Shown one piece after another: positions 51,379-61,346 of a stretch of DNA of 64,000 bases. How positions within the stretch are numbered: position 1 is the stretch's first letter; each line of letters starts with the position of its first letter. Both the position numbers and the translations under genes were made by a program. Under the pieces are notes generated by a model. It worked only from the letters and a program-made list of their open reading frames with translations. It was not told the origin of the DNA and did not search any database. Source of the DNA: an uncultured Clostridia bacterium (GTDB lineage: Bacteria > Bacillota > Clostridia > Oscillospirales > UBA644); assembly GCA_947305805.1 (NCBI GenBank), contig CAMZEM010000002.1, positions 220 through 64,219 of the forward strand. The letters are read 5' to 3'.

Positions 51379-51406
51379 CCCGTTATACGGTATGACGGAG
51401 GATGAA

Positions 51407-52165
51407 ATGAAAAAGTTATTTGTGCTTTTAACCGTTTTTTTGATGGTTTTTGCGGCAGGATGCGAAAAAGAGGGCGGAAAAGAGACCGCGGAGCCGAAAA
51501 AAACGCCTTACGAAATTGAAATAGAGAGCGTTTACCGCTCGTATACGGCGGAAGACGGCATGGAAATCATTTATATAAATGCGGAATATCCGATAATAGT
51601 AAATTCCGAAGAAAACGAAGACATAGCCGCTTTCAACGAAATGTACAGGCAAAACGCCGACGACTATATAAACGCCGTTATCGCGGATTTTTCCGAAAGA
51701 GCAAAAAACGCCTATGCCGAGTCTCCCGAAGATTTTGAAGAATATCTGTTTACACAGCAGTGCGAAGTAACATTCAACAAAAACGGATATCTTTCGATAA
51801 AGCGGGACTACACCGAAGAATACAGCGATTTTACGGGCGAGGAAACGTATGCGGACGTATACGATATGAACGCCGTGAGAGCGCTTTACGCAAACGAGGT
51901 TATTTCCGCAAGCGCGGACGATACAATGCAGATAATATTTCTCGGCTATACCGCAGTGGCGGACGAATATCCCGAAAGATTTAAGGAAGGGTACGTGGAT
52001 ATTTTAAACTCGGCGATAACCGAAACGGAATTCTATCTCACTGATACCGCAATGGTCTTCGTTTTGCAGCCGGGGATAGCGACTTATCCCGAATACGGAT
52101 GTTTGATGTTTGAAATGCCTTATGAAGGCAACGAAGCGTTTTTCAAAAAGATTCTGGATGAATAA
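51407..52165 (+). CDS. lipoprotein of unknown function (DUF3298/DUF4163-like, tentative)
   Basis: Start at 51407 (MKKLFVLLTVFLMVFAAGC, lipobox AAGC) after GGAGGA. The family assignment is from general resemblance only. Confidence 0.5.
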   Translation: MKKLFVLLTVFLMVFAAGCEKEGGKETAEPKKTPYEIEIESVYRSYTAEDGMEIIYINAEYPIIVNSEENEDIAAFNEMYRQNADDYINAVIADFSERAKNAYAESPEDFEEYLFTQQCEVTFNKNGYLSIKRDYTEEYSDFTGEETYADVYDMNAVRALYANEVISASADDTMQIIFLGYTAVADEYPERFKEGYVDILNSAITETEFYLTDTAMVFVLQPGIATYPEYGCLMFEMPYEGNEAFFKKILDE

Positions 52166-52171
52166 AACAGC

Positions 52172-52213
52172 AAAAAAACAGCCGGCCGTTTACGGTCGGC
52201 TGTTATGTTTTTT
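52172..52213. terminator. bidirectional terminator between convergent genes
   Basis: Stem acagccg / cggctgt (52178-52184 / 52197-52203), with an A-run before it and a T-run after it. Confidence 0.7.
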
Positions 52214-52218
52214 AGAAT

Positions 52219-52698
52219 CTATTCTTCGACGTCGCTTTTTAAAAACTTCTCTCCGCAAAACGGACATGAAAGCTCTTCGTCTTCCGTATTTATGAAAATA
52301 ACGGTGTTGCAGAAGGGACAGCGGATAAACGACGTTTCGTTTTCGTCTTCATCGCCGTCGTCTTCGTCCTCGTCTTCATCTTCGCAGCCGCAGTCGCAGC
52401 CGTCGCCGTGATGATGGTGATGCCCGTGTTCGTCGTCATCGTCAAAATCAAGATCGTCGAGATTTTCGGCTTTTTTTAGAAGAAGCGACTGAATATCGTA
52501 GATATCCATGCTTATTATATCCGAAAAATCTTCAAGCTTCATAAGGCGGTCTTCCAAATCTCCGAGCCGCGTTTCCGTCCTTTTAAGAGCGTCAAGAAGC
52601 GCTCCGGCAAGAGACAGTGCTTCTCCGGAAAGTGAGCCGCTCGCTTCCATTTCGCGGCAGCGTTTTTCGAGATCGATGAATTCGTCGCTTTTTTTCAT
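52219..52698 (-). CDS. hypothetical protein: coiled-coil N-terminus, His/Asp/Glu-rich segment, C-terminal zinc ribbon
   Basis: 159 aa. DDLDFDDDDEHGHHHHHGDGCDCGCEDEDEDEDDGDEDE is followed by CPFC-x19-CPFC. The start is 10 nt after the efp stop. Confidence 0.55.
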   Translation of the reverse strand: MKKSDEFIDLEKRCREMEASGSLSGEALSLAGALLDALKRTETRLGDLEDRLMKLEDFSDIISMDIYDIQSLLLKKAENLDDLDFDDDDEHGHHHHHGDGCDCGCEDEDEDEDDGDEDENETSFIRCPFCNTVIFINTEDEELSCPFCGEKFLKSDVEE

Positions 52699-52708
52699 AA
52701 TAAATCCG

Positions 52709-53266
52709 TTATGCGCGCTGGAGATATTCGCCTGTTCTTGTATCGATTCTGATTGTTTCGCCTTCTTCGATAAAGAGGGGAACTCTTATTTCGGCGCCAG
52801 TTTCGAGAGTTGCGTATTTAAGAGCGTTTGTTGAGGTATCGCCTCTTACGGCGGGCTCTGTTTCGGTTACTTTGAGGTCCATAAAGAACGGAGGCTCAAC
52901 CGAGAATACGCTGCCTTTTACGGAAAGGATTTTAACAATCGTGTTTTCCTTAACAAATTTGAAGTTGTCGGGAAGAATATCCGCATTGAGAGGCATCTGC
53001 TCGTAAGTTTCCTGATCCATGAAATAGTAAAGTTCACCGTCGTTGTAAAGGTATTCCATATCTTTTCTTTCAACGAATGCTGCGGGGAATTTTTCGGTGG
53101 GGCTGAATGTTTTTTCAACAACGCCGCCGGTAACTACGTTTCTTATTTTTGTTCTTACAAAAGCGGCGCCTTTGCCGGGTTTAACGTGCTGGAATTCCAC
53201 TACGGAATAAACCGTGCCGTCCATCTCGAAGGTAAGACCGTTTCTGAAATCACCTGCAGAATACAT
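52709..53266 (-). CDS. efp: elongation factor P
   Basis: Start moved to the ATG at 53266 ([17 protein letters not shown]), 9 nt after GGAGG, giving 185 aa. The [12 protein letters not shown] loop carries the modified-Lys position. Confidence 0.9.
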   Translation of the reverse strand: MYSAGDFRNGLTFEMDGTVYSVVEFQHVKPGKGAAFVRTKIRNVVTGGVVEKTFSPTEKFPAAFVERKDMEYLYNDGELYYFMDQETYEQMPLNADILPDNFKFVKENTIVKILSVKGSVFSVEPPFFMDLKVTETEPAVRGDTSTNALKYATLETGAEIRVPLFIEEGETIRIDTRTGEYLQRA

Positions 53267-53423
53267 TAATATAACCTCCAAAAACTGATTATCGGTAATT
53301 TTTTTATATTATACTATATTTTATTCGAAATTTCAATCCCCCAAGATGAAAAAAATGAAAACATTTGTAATTTTTTTATCTTTTCGGGTCGGTTTTTGCG
53401 TTATTTCCCACCGAATCGTCGTC

Positions 53424-53452
53424 TTGACAATAATCCCGCGTTATGATATACT
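53424..53452 (+). promoter_or_regulatory. promoter TTGACA-17-TGaTATACT
   Basis: TTGACA 53424-53429 and TATACT 53447-53452 with an upstream TG. ATG at 53508. Confidence 0.5.
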
Positions 53453-53507
53453 TTAAGCACACACGGAATTTGCTTGTAAAGCAGCCCGATAAGTTACGGA
53501 GAATAAT

Positions 53508-54098
53508 ATGAACAAATATAAAGTTGCGGATACCGTTGTAACAATGCTTGTAATTCTTATCGCCGCGGCGGCGGTAATTGCCGGAATAGTTTTTACGGTG
53601 CAGTGGCTTTCAAACCACGAAGAGCCCGAAGGCAGAGAATACAAAAGCGTGAAAATTTACGAAGAAGATCAGATTCCCTCAAAATTAACGGTTAAAAAGG
53701 ACAGAACCGTTGCCGTTTATTTCAACGCGCTCGTTCCGTTTTCGGGAATGGACGTGATTTGCTCGGGTCCTGAAAAAAACAGGCTTGAAATTACGCTTTA
53801 TTCGTTTGATACGGACTATGCGACGACTGTTGCCGGAAAAAAACTCTCCGACGTTAAATTTACGGATTTTGAAGACGGCGCAAGCCTTGCGGTCAGCTTC
53901 GGCACAATGCCCGAGGGACAGTATCTTGCCGTGTTTTCTTCCGACAGAACCGCGGAGATTTACTGCTCGTATTATCAGTCCGAAACGGCGGACAATTCGG
54001 TAGTTGTTTACGATAACGGAGATCTTCTTTTGAATTGTGTTCCTTATATGAGCGTAATTTTTGACAGGACTGCGGAAAACGGCAGTTATTTCGGATAA
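53508..54098 (+). CDS. hypothetical N-terminally anchored protein
   Basis: 196 aa. One TM helix (VVTMLVILIAAAAVIAGIVFTV), then a beta-rich domain. No family recognised. Confidence 0.5.
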   Translation: MNKYKVADTVVTMLVILIAAAAVIAGIVFTVQWLSNHEEPEGREYKSVKIYEEDQIPSKLTVKKDRTVAVYFNALVPFSGMDVICSGPEKNRLEITLYSFDTDYATTVAGKKLSDVKFTDFEDGASLAVSFGTMPEGQYLAVFSSDRTAEIYCSYYQSETADNSVVVYDNGDLLLNCVPYMSVIFDRTAENGSYFG

Positions 54099-54105
54099 TC
54101 GGTAA

Positions 54106-54141
54106 AAAACACAAGGATGCGGGAACCGCATCCTTTTTTTA
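54106..54141. terminator. bidirectional terminator
   Basis: Stem aaggatgcgg / ccgcatcctt (54113-54122 / 54126-54135), with a T-run after it and an A-run before it. Confidence 0.75.
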
Positions 54142-54145
54142 TTTT

Positions 54146-55945
54146 TCAGTCGTCGGCGGAAAGCTCTGCTTTTATGCGCTCTGCAAGAGAGGGAGAGATA
54201 CCTTTTACCGTGCAAAGCTCCTCAATGCCCGCCTCCGCGATTTTTTCAACGCTTTTGAATTTTAAAAAGAGATCTTTCGCTCTTTTTTTGCCTATTCCGT
54301 CAATCTGCGTAAGGCGCGTTTGCTGCGTGAGCCTGTCCCTGAGATTTCTGTGGTATTCTATTGCGTAGCGGTGAACCTCTTCCTGAAGTCTGCCGCAGAA
54401 TGCAAACACTTCGGGTTCGGACGAAAGCAGCTTATCGGGAACGAGCGGATCGGCAAACGATACGGCTTTCGTTCTGTGTTTGCTGTCCTTTTTAAAACCG
54501 ATTACGGGTATTGAAAGTCCGTTGTCGCTTACCGCGCGCAAAGCGGCGTTAATCTGTCCTCTGCCGCCGTCGCAGACTATAAGATCGGGCGCGGGCGCAA
54601 ATTTTTCGTCGCCGTCGCAGAATCTCGCAAGACGACGGTAAATCGCCTCGTACATATACGCGGTATCGTCATAACCTTCCATTTTACCGATTTTAAGACG
54701 TCTGTACGATTTCTTTTCAAAGTTTCCGTCAACGCTTACAACCATTCCGCAAACGGTTTCTTCGCCCGCAATATGGCTTATATCGTAAATTTCGATTCTG
54801 CGTACGCTGTCAAGCCCCACAAAACGGTTGAAAAGTCTCTGAATGCGCTGTCCTTTTTTCGTACGTCCCTCGTATTGCAGAAGTCTTTCCTCCGCATTTT
54901 TTTTCGAGACGGAAAGAAGCGTTTTATCGGAATCGAAAGACGGAGTTGTAACTATTCCTCCGAGCCACTCGTTTATAAGCGGCATCCATTCGTGCTTTTC
55001 TTCAATATAAATTCTGGTGGGAAGCTGTGTTTCTTCTGTATAAAAACGCTCGACGTATTCGCGTAGCAGATCCGAAGACATTTTTTCGGAAAAAATATTG
55101 CAGTTTTCTCCGATGACGTAGCCGTTGCGTATTCTCAGCATAAAAACGGCGCAGTGCCCTTCCGTTTCGCCGCAGGCGATATAGTCCGCATTCCTTTTCT
55201 GCGATACCATGGGGCGCTGTTTTTCGGTTATAAGCGAAACGGAACGGAGAACGTCACGAAGCTCCGCGGCTTTTTCAAATTCAAGCCCCTGTGACGCTTC
55301 TTCCATTTCTTTCTTCGTTTTTTCGTAAAGTTCGTCGGCGTCGCCCGACATTACGGAAACTATGTTTTCGTAAACCCTGTCGCTTTCTTCCTGCGAAATA
55401 TCCCCCATGCACCAGCCCGCGCATTTTGACATCTGTCTTTCAATGCAGCCTTTGCCCGTTCGCGCGCTGTTTTTGCCGCATCTCGGGAGTTTGAATGCGT
55501 TGGAAAGAAGAGATATGAGATTTTTTGCGTTGAACCGTGAAATAAACGGGCCGAAATATTTGCCGTCCGCGGTTTTCTGAAATGATGTTTCAAGCATCGG
55601 AGCGTAAATATCTCCGATTTTTTCTTTGTAAAGACGGATATACGGATATCCCGAGCCCTTGCCCTGCTTTAATTTAATATTGTAAAACGGGGCGTGGTGA
55701 CGGATAAGACTGCATTCGGTTAAAAGCGCGTCAAGCTCAGACTCGCAGATAATAACGTCAAAATCCGCAACTTCACTGACGAGCTTTTCGGTTTTGGGCG
55801 TGTGTTCGCCGTTTCTGAAATAGCTCGTTACCCTGTTTCTGAGTATTTTCGCCTTTCCGACGTAAATTATACGTCCTTCGGCGTTATGCATTATGTAAAC
55901 GCCCGGCTTTTCGGGCAGTTCAAGCGCTTTTTGTAATAAATCCAT
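54146..55945 (-). CDS. uvrC: excinuclease ABC subunit C
   Basis: Start moved to the ATG at 55945 (MDLLQKALELPEKPGVYIMHN...IYVGKA, GIY-YIG). It forms TAATG with the cupin stop. UvrBC-interaction, Endo V-like and C-terminal (HhH)2 regions are present. 599 aa. Confidence 0.9.
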   Translation of the reverse strand: MDLLQKALELPEKPGVYIMHNAEGRIIYVGKAKILRNRVTSYFRNGEHTPKTEKLVSEVADFDVIICESELDALLTECSLIRHHAPFYNIKLKQGKGSGYPYIRLYKEKIGDIYAPMLETSFQKTADGKYFGPFISRFNAKNLISLLSNAFKLPRCGKNSARTGKGCIERQMSKCAGWCMGDISQEESDRVYENIVSVMSGDADELYEKTKKEMEEASQGLEFEKAAELRDVLRSVSLITEKQRPMVSQKRNADYIACGETEGHCAVFMLRIRNGYVIGENCNIFSEKMSSDLLREYVERFYTEETQLPTRIYIEEKHEWMPLINEWLGGIVTTPSFDSDKTLLSVSKKNAEERLLQYEGRTKKGQRIQRLFNRFVGLDSVRRIEIYDISHIAGEETVCGMVVSVDGNFEKKSYRRLKIGKMEGYDDTAYMYEAIYRRLARFCDGDEKFAPAPDLIVCDGGRGQINAALRAVSDNGLSIPVIGFKKDSKHRTKAVSFADPLVPDKLLSSEPEVFAFCGRLQEEVHRYAIEYHRNLRDRLTQQTRLTQIDGIGKKRAKDLFLKFKSVEKIAEAGIEELCTVKGISPSLAERIKAELSADD

Positions 55946-56304
55946 TATGAAAATCTGATAACGGCCGCAAAAAGACGGAGCGTTTTTTCGCCGATATTCT
56001 CTATTCCGTGGCATCTTCCTCCGCCCGTAAGCAGAGAATCGCCCGCGGCAAGAATAACGTCATTTCCGTTGTCGTTCGCTTTTGCGGTTCCTTCGATTAT
56101 ATAGAATATTTCCTCTTCGTTTTCGTGAATATGAGTTCCGATTGAGCATCCGGGTTCGATATCTATCTCGGCGCAAAGACGCGCGGGACTTTGAAGCTCG
56201 GCATCGGAAAACGAATGAATGATTTTAACGTCGCCTTTTCCGCCCTTCATTTCGTGGCGTATTTCGGTTTCTCTTTCTTTGGCTTTTCTGTACATTTTTA
56301 TCAC
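55945..56304 (-). CDS. cupin domain protein
   Basis: 119 aa. The G.H.H...E..Y...G cupin motif appears as IGTHIHENEEEIFYIIEG, plus a second motif GG.H...N. Confidence 0.7.
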   Translation of the reverse strand: MIKMYRKAKERETEIRHEMKGGKGDVKIIHSFSDAELQSPARLCAEIDIEPGCSIGTHIHENEEEIFYIIEGTAKANDNGNDVILAAGDSLLTGGGRCHGIENIGEKTLRLFAAVIRFS

Positions 56305-56319
56305 CCTTTTTGTTGATTG

Positions 56320-57363
56320 TCAAACTATAACGCCCGAACAGAGAAGTTCGTTTCCGGAATATGCAACGGCAAACTGTCCGGGAGTTGCGGCGCGCTGCGG
56401 CTCGGAAAAAACGATTCTCAGTCTGCCGTTTTTTTCGTTTATTATTTTCGCCTTTGCGCCTTTATGCGCGTAGCGGATTTTAACTTCCGCATCCGTTTCG
56501 GTGAAATTTTCGTCAAGCAGCTGAAAAACGGGGTTTTCGCAGATAAGTTCCGTGCAGTTTACAACGTCCGTTTTAGTAAGGACGACACGGTTGTTTTCAA
56601 CGTCTGTTCCCTGTACGTAAAGCGGTACTCCGAGCGCAATGCCCAGTTTTTTGGACTGTCCGACGGTATAGCGGATTATTCCTTTATGTCTGCCTACGGC
56701 GCGGTTTTCGTCTTCAAGCCAGAAATCGCCTTCGGGGAACGCTCCGATGCGGGATTCTATAAACGACGCATAGTCGTTATCGGGGATAAAGCAGATTTCC
56801 TGACTGTCCTTTTTTTGCGCGGACGAAAGCCCCGCTTTTTCGGCTTCGGCTCTGTTTTCGGATTTCAGCGTTCCGAAAAGAGGGAAAATACATCTTGAAA
56901 GCTGGCTTTGAGAAAGACCGCAAAGCATGTAGCTCTGATCTTTGAATTCCGATTTTACCGCAAAATATCTGCCGTTTCTCTCCCCGATGCCTGCATAGTG
57001 TCCCGTTGCGATTTTTTCCGCTCCGATGCCGTCCGCATAATCGCAAAGCACACGGAATTTAACGTTGGGGTTGCATACTGCGCAGGGATTCGGCGTTTTT
57101 CCTGAGGAATAACTCTCTATAAAGTTTTTTACCACTGTTTTTTCAAAGCGGTCCGTTGCGTCGAAAACGTCAAACTCAATGCCCGCTTCCTTTGCAACCT
57201 GCCTTGCCGCTTCAATACCGTCTTTGCCGTGTTCGTGCATAACGATGTAAAGCCCGTATACGGCATATCCCGCATCCTTAAGCTTTTTTGCGGCAACAGA
57301 ACTGTCAACCCCGCCCGAAAGACCCAGAACGACTTTGGGAAGTTTTTTTTCTGAAATAACCAT
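56320..57363 (-). CDS. mnmA: tRNA 2-thiouridine(34) synthase
   Basis: Start moved to the ATG at 57363 after AGGAGA. PP-loop LGLSGGVDSSVAA, catalytic NPCAVCN and ATGHYA blocks. Confidence 0.9.
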   Translation of the reverse strand: MVISEKKLPKVVLGLSGGVDSSVAAKKLKDAGYAVYGLYIVMHEHGKDGIEAARQVAKEAGIEFDVFDATDRFEKTVVKNFIESYSSGKTPNPCAVCNPNVKFRVLCDYADGIGAEKIATGHYAGIGERNGRYFAVKSEFKDQSYMLCGLSQSQLSRCIFPLFGTLKSENRAEAEKAGLSSAQKKDSQEICFIPDNDYASFIESRIGAFPEGDFWLEDENRAVGRHKGIIRYTVGQSKKLGIALGVPLYVQGTDVENNRVVLTKTDVVNCTELICENPVFQLLDENFTETDAEVKIRYAHKGAKAKIINEKNGRLRIVFSEPQRAATPGQFAVAYSGNELLCSGVIV

Positions 57364-57385
57364 TTTCTCTCCTGTTCCGTTTTCC

Positions 57386-58534
57386 CTATATTCGCGACAA
57401 ATCACGGAGTTTTTTTGCTATATCGGGAAAAACGCTGAGAATTGTATCTGCATCTTTTTCGGTTGTGTATCTGTCAAAACTGAAACGGACCGCTCCGTGC
57501 GCCGTTTTTTCGTCAAGACCCATTGCCGTAAGCACGTGCGACGGGTCTTTTGTTCCGGACATGCACGCAGAGCCGGACGACGCCGTGATTCCCTTTAAAT
57601 CAAGCATTAATACGAGAGCTTCGCCCTCCGCAAAGGGAAGGGAAACGTTTGCAATGCCGGGAAGCGAGTTTTTTTCGGGTGTGTTTCTTACGCATCCGTC
57701 AATACCTGACAAAAGACCGCAAATCAGCTTTTCTCTCAGCGTTTCAAGACGGGCGCTTTCCGTTTTCATCTCTTTTGCGGCTATTTCCGCCGCCGCGCCC
57801 ATTCCCACAATCGCCGCAGCGTTTTCAGTGCCTGCGCGCCTTCCGTTTTCCTGTTTTCCGCCGTAAATAAGATTCGGCAGCATAACGCCTCTTTTTATAT
57901 AAAGTCCGCCGACGCCTTTCGGACCGTTGAATTTATGCCCCGAAAAAGAGAGCATATCGATATTCGTTTTTTTAACGTTTATGGGCAGATGTCCGAACGC
58001 CTGAACGACATCGGAATGAAAAAGAACACCGTGTTTTTTTGCGATTTTGCCTATTTCGTCCGTCGGCTGCACGGCTCCCGTTTCGTTGTTTGCAAACATA
58101 ACGGTTATAAGCGCCGTATCGGGTCTTATCGCTTTTTCGAGAGACTCGGGTGAAACGAATCCGTTGCGGTCAACATCGAGATACGTAATTTCAAAGCCGT
58201 CTTTTTCAAGGGATTTCAATGTGTTCAGAACGGCATTATGCTCGATTTTCGACGAAATAATATGCTTTTTTCCGTTTGAAAGACGGGCTGCGCCTCTTAT
58301 CGCCCAGTTGTCGCTCTCCGTGCCGCCCGACGTGAAGTATATTTCCGCTGCGTCGCAATCGATTACGGATGCGATTTTTTTACGCGCGTTTTCTATTGCA
58401 ACCCGTACTTCCCTGCCCGCCGAGTGGTATGAGCTCGGGTTTGCAAAGTTTTCTTTTAAAAACGGCATCATTGCCGCCAGTACTTCGTCCGAAATCCTTG
58501 TCGTTGCGGCGTTATCCGCATAAATTCTTTCCAT
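57386..58534 (-). CDS. nifS: cysteine desulfurase (NifS/IscS class)
   Basis: Start moved to the ATG at 58534 (MERIYADNAATT). The PLP lysine is in SFSGHKFNGPKG and the active-site Cys in SSGSACMSG. Confidence 0.85.
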   Translation of the reverse strand: MERIYADNAATTRISDEVLAAMMPFLKENFANPSSYHSAGREVRVAIENARKKIASVIDCDAAEIYFTSGGTESDNWAIRGAARLSNGKKHIISSKIEHNAVLNTLKSLEKDGFEITYLDVDRNGFVSPESLEKAIRPDTALITVMFANNETGAVQPTDEIGKIAKKHGVLFHSDVVQAFGHLPINVKKTNIDMLSFSGHKFNGPKGVGGLYIKRGVMLPNLIYGGKQENGRRAGTENAAAIVGMGAAAEIAAKEMKTESARLETLREKLICGLLSGIDGCVRNTPEKNSLPGIANVSLPFAEGEALVLMLDLKGITASSGSACMSGTKDPSHVLTAMGLDEKTAHGAVRFSFDRYTTEKDADTILSVFPDIAKKLRDLSRI

Positions 58535-58599
58535 AAAAACTCCGAAAAAGCTGATTCGAAAGTATTTTAGCATACGGGCATAAAAAAGTCAATACCGCG

Positions 58600-59244
58600 T
58601 TATCTGCCTTTACCGTCGCAGACTTTCATGCATATTCCGCAGACCGACCCTCTGCCTATGAGCTGAAATTCCTTTTTCATATACTCCGAGCATGCTTTCG
58701 GGTCAAACCCATCGGGCGTTATCGCCTGCGCGGGGCATGCCGCAATGCATTTTCCGCATTCGCTGCATATTCTGTAATCGCTTCTGTCCATAACGTGCGC
58801 CTGATTATCTGTTACGGGACAGTCCGTAAAAACGGTGGCCAGCCTTACCTTCGGCCCGAACTCGTTATGAATAAAAAGATTGTTGAGCCCCACAAAGCCG
58901 AGACCGCAGTAAACCGCCGCCTGCTTGTGGGAATATACGCCTTTAAACTGATTTCCGTCCGTGTTTACGGACTGCGATGCCGCTACGGGGAAATAGTCAT
59001 AGCCGTTTTGCTGCAAATAAAGCCCGAGCGCCTGCGCCGCATCGTCAAGCGCACGGTTTACCGAACGGTAATGGTGAAAATACGTGTGGGACGGCTTGTC
59101 GGTTATTGTGTCAACAACGGAATCTGAAAGCTTTATGCATAAACTTATCACATACCCGAGCCCCATAAAAGGCTCGGGTAATTTTGCGGCCCCAACGTCG
59201 CTTACGCGACAGTCAAGAAACCGTTTTATGTCGTTTACAGTCAT
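58600..59244 (-). CDS. 4Fe-4S double-cluster protein, epoxyqueuosine reductase (QueG)/reductive dehalogenase-like, short form
   Basis: 214 aa. CSECGKCIAACP and CGICMKVC ferredoxin-type motifs follow a QueG-like core (GLGFVGLNNLFIHNEFGP..RL). Confidence 0.55.
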   Translation of the reverse strand: MTVNDIKRFLDCRVSDVGAAKLPEPFMGLGYVISLCIKLSDSVVDTITDKPSHTYFHHYRSVNRALDDAAQALGLYLQQNGYDYFPVAASQSVNTDGNQFKGVYSHKQAAVYCGLGFVGLNNLFIHNEFGPKVRLATVFTDCPVTDNQAHVMDRSDYRICSECGKCIAACPAQAITPDGFDPKACSEYMKKEFQLIGRGSVCGICMKVCDGKGR

Positions 59245-60266
59245 CAGAATGCAAATCCTTCTTTGCAGAGAGCTACTATAAGCTCAACGCACGATACGCA
59301 GTCCGCAAGAGACGCTTCTTCGGTGGGAGTATGTATGTAGCGCGTTGCTATCGATATCCCGCCCGCGTAAGCGCCGGCGCGCGATCTCTGCATCGCAGCC
59401 GCATCCGTACCGCCGTAAAGGAGTATTTCCGTCTGATGTTTTATGCCCGCTTTTTCCGCAACCGCATTCATGAATTCCGTCATTTTCGGCGAGCAGATAA
59501 CGCTGCCGTCCATATATTTGATGCATGCGCCTTCGCCGAGTTTCATATTCATCGGGTCACATTTCGGGGTATCTGCGGCTCCCGTAACGTCAAGTGCAAC
59601 GCCGTAAACCGGTTCGATACCGAACGCTGCGGTCGTTGCGCCTCTTAAGCCGACCTCTTCCTGAACGGAGAATACGAAATATACTTCGTTTTTGAGCTCG
59701 TCGGCGCATTCCGAAAGCTTTTTGATCGCTTCAATCTGAATTGCAACTGCAATTCTGTCGTCAAGAAACGGAGATACGATTTTCGGGTCGCTTTCCCCGC
59801 CCGTTTTGAATACTTCGCCCACAACGGATGCCGCCGTGCCGAGCGAAACGAGCTTTTCCGCCTCTTCTTTAGTTGCGGCGCCGATATCGACGTATGCGGT
59901 TCTCATATTCTGATCGCCCGTTTCAAAGAAGAGAAGTCCGTTTACGCCGTTTGTGAAGCGGACCTGTCTGCCGCGCAGAGTCTGAGTGTTTATTCCTCCG
60001 AGAGGAGATACTTTAACGAAACCTTTGTCGTCTATAAAATACGCAACGAATCCTATCGTGTCAGAATGGGCGGAAAACATTGCTTTTTCGCCTTTGCCTC
60101 TGCCGAGAACGGCAATAAGGTTGCCCATTTTGTCAAAACGGATATTGTCTTCGCCGACAAACGGTGTTATCTCTTTTTTTACGTATTCAAGCTCTTCGCG
60201 TTCGTGAGCGGACGGCGATACAAAGCCGTTGAGAGCCTTCATTGTATTGAATATACTGTCCTTCAT
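59244..60266 (-). CDS. M42 family metallopeptidase (paralogue 3)
   Basis: 340 aa. SAHSDTIGF, LDDRIA, QEEVGLRGA and the IHTP block are M42 (FrvX/TET) signatures. Confidence 0.8.
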   Translation of the reverse strand: MKDSIFNTMKALNGFVSPSAHEREELEYVKKEITPFVGEDNIRFDKMGNLIAVLGRGKGEKAMFSAHSDTIGFVAYFIDDKGFVKVSPLGGINTQTLRGRQVRFTNGVNGLLFFETGDQNMRTAYVDIGAATKEEAEKLVSLGTAASVVGEVFKTGGESDPKIVSPFLDDRIAVAIQIEAIKKLSECADELKNEVYFVFSVQEEVGLRGATTAAFGIEPVYGVALDVTGAADTPKCDPMNMKLGEGACIKYMDGSVICSPKMTEFMNAVAEKAGIKHQTEILLYGGTDAAAMQRSRAGAYAGGISIATRYIHTPTEEASLADCVSCVELIVALCKEGFAF

Positions 60267-60278
60267 GTCGTTATCTCC

Positions 60279-61346
60279 TTAATTAATATCGAAAAGTCTG
60301 TACATAGATTCGCTTACCGCTTTGCAGAAGTCGAACATGCTGTCCGTATCTTCCGGCGCGCAAACGGAAATTCTCGAATGCAGATAGCGCACGGGTATTG
60401 AAAGCGTGCAGACGAGAGTGCCGTCTGCGGATCGCTGAATGTTTCCCGCGTCGTTACCGCCCGAAACAAACGTTTTTACCTGCCATTTTACACCGGCTTC
60501 GGTTGCGATATCCGTTACCGCTTTAATAAATCTCGGATTGTAAATAGTCGAACGGTCCATAAACGATACAGCAACGCCGTTTCCGAGTATGCAGACTTTT
60601 CCGTCTTCGTCAACGCCGCCTATGTCCGCCGCGGTCGTGCCTTCAAGAGTAAAGGAAATATCGGGGTTTATTCTGTGAGCTGCTGCTCTCGAACCGCGGC
60701 ATCCCGTTTCTTCCTGAACGGTGAACGCAAACCACGTATCGTATTCAAGCTCGGTTTTTATAAGCCGTATCATGGCAAAACAGCCCGCGCGGTCGTCTAT
60801 CGCCTTTGCTTTTATGAAATCGCCGAAAGAGCCGAATTCGCCGTTGAAATATACGCTGTCGCCAAGACAGACTTTGCCTTCCGCCTCATCTTTTTTCTTT
60901 GCGCCAATATCGACGCAGAGCGATTTTATCGGAGGGATTTCGGCTGAATTGGAGGCGAGATGTACGGGGCATACGCCTATAACGCCTTTTATCAGCTTAG
61001 GTTCGTCTCCTGCGGTTGCCTTTACAAACACGGTTTTTCCCGGTGTTACGGACGGGGATACGCCGATGGAATCTATTCTGAGACCTCCGTCGTCGTCTAT
61101 GCTTTTAACGTAATATCCCGTTTCGTCCATATGCGCCTGAAACATTATTTTTTTAGGGGGAGTTTTTCTGCCTTTTTTGTGAGCAAGCAGATTGCCGAGG
61201 TTGTCAACGGTTATTTCGTCGCAGTACTGCTCGATTTCGCCTTTTATAAAGTCGCGTACTTCGTCTTCCTCGCCGCTCAGTCCGTTAAGGTTGCAGAGTT
61301 TACCGAGAAGCTCGTAATTAGCGGTATCAGCCATTTTAATCCTCAA
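60279..61346 (-). CDS. M42 family metallopeptidase (paralogue 2)
   Basis: 355 aa. QAHMDETGY, IDDRAG, QEETGCRGS and YLHS. Confidence 0.8.
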   Translation of the reverse strand: MRIKMADTANYELLGKLCNLNGLSGEEDEVRDFIKGEIEQYCDEITVDNLGNLLAHKKGRKTPPKKIMFQAHMDETGYYVKSIDDDGGLRIDSIGVSPSVTPGKTVFVKATAGDEPKLIKGVIGVCPVHLASNSAEIPPIKSLCVDIGAKKKDEAEGKVCLGDSVYFNGEFGSFGDFIKAKAIDDRAGCFAMIRLIKTELEYDTWFAFTVQEETGCRGSRAAAHRINPDISFTLEGTTAADIGGVDEDGKVCILGNGVAVSFMDRSTIYNPRFIKAVTDIATEAGVKWQVKTFVSGGNDAGNIQRSADGTLVCTLSIPVRYLHSRISVCAPEDTDSMFDFCKAVSESMYRLFDIN

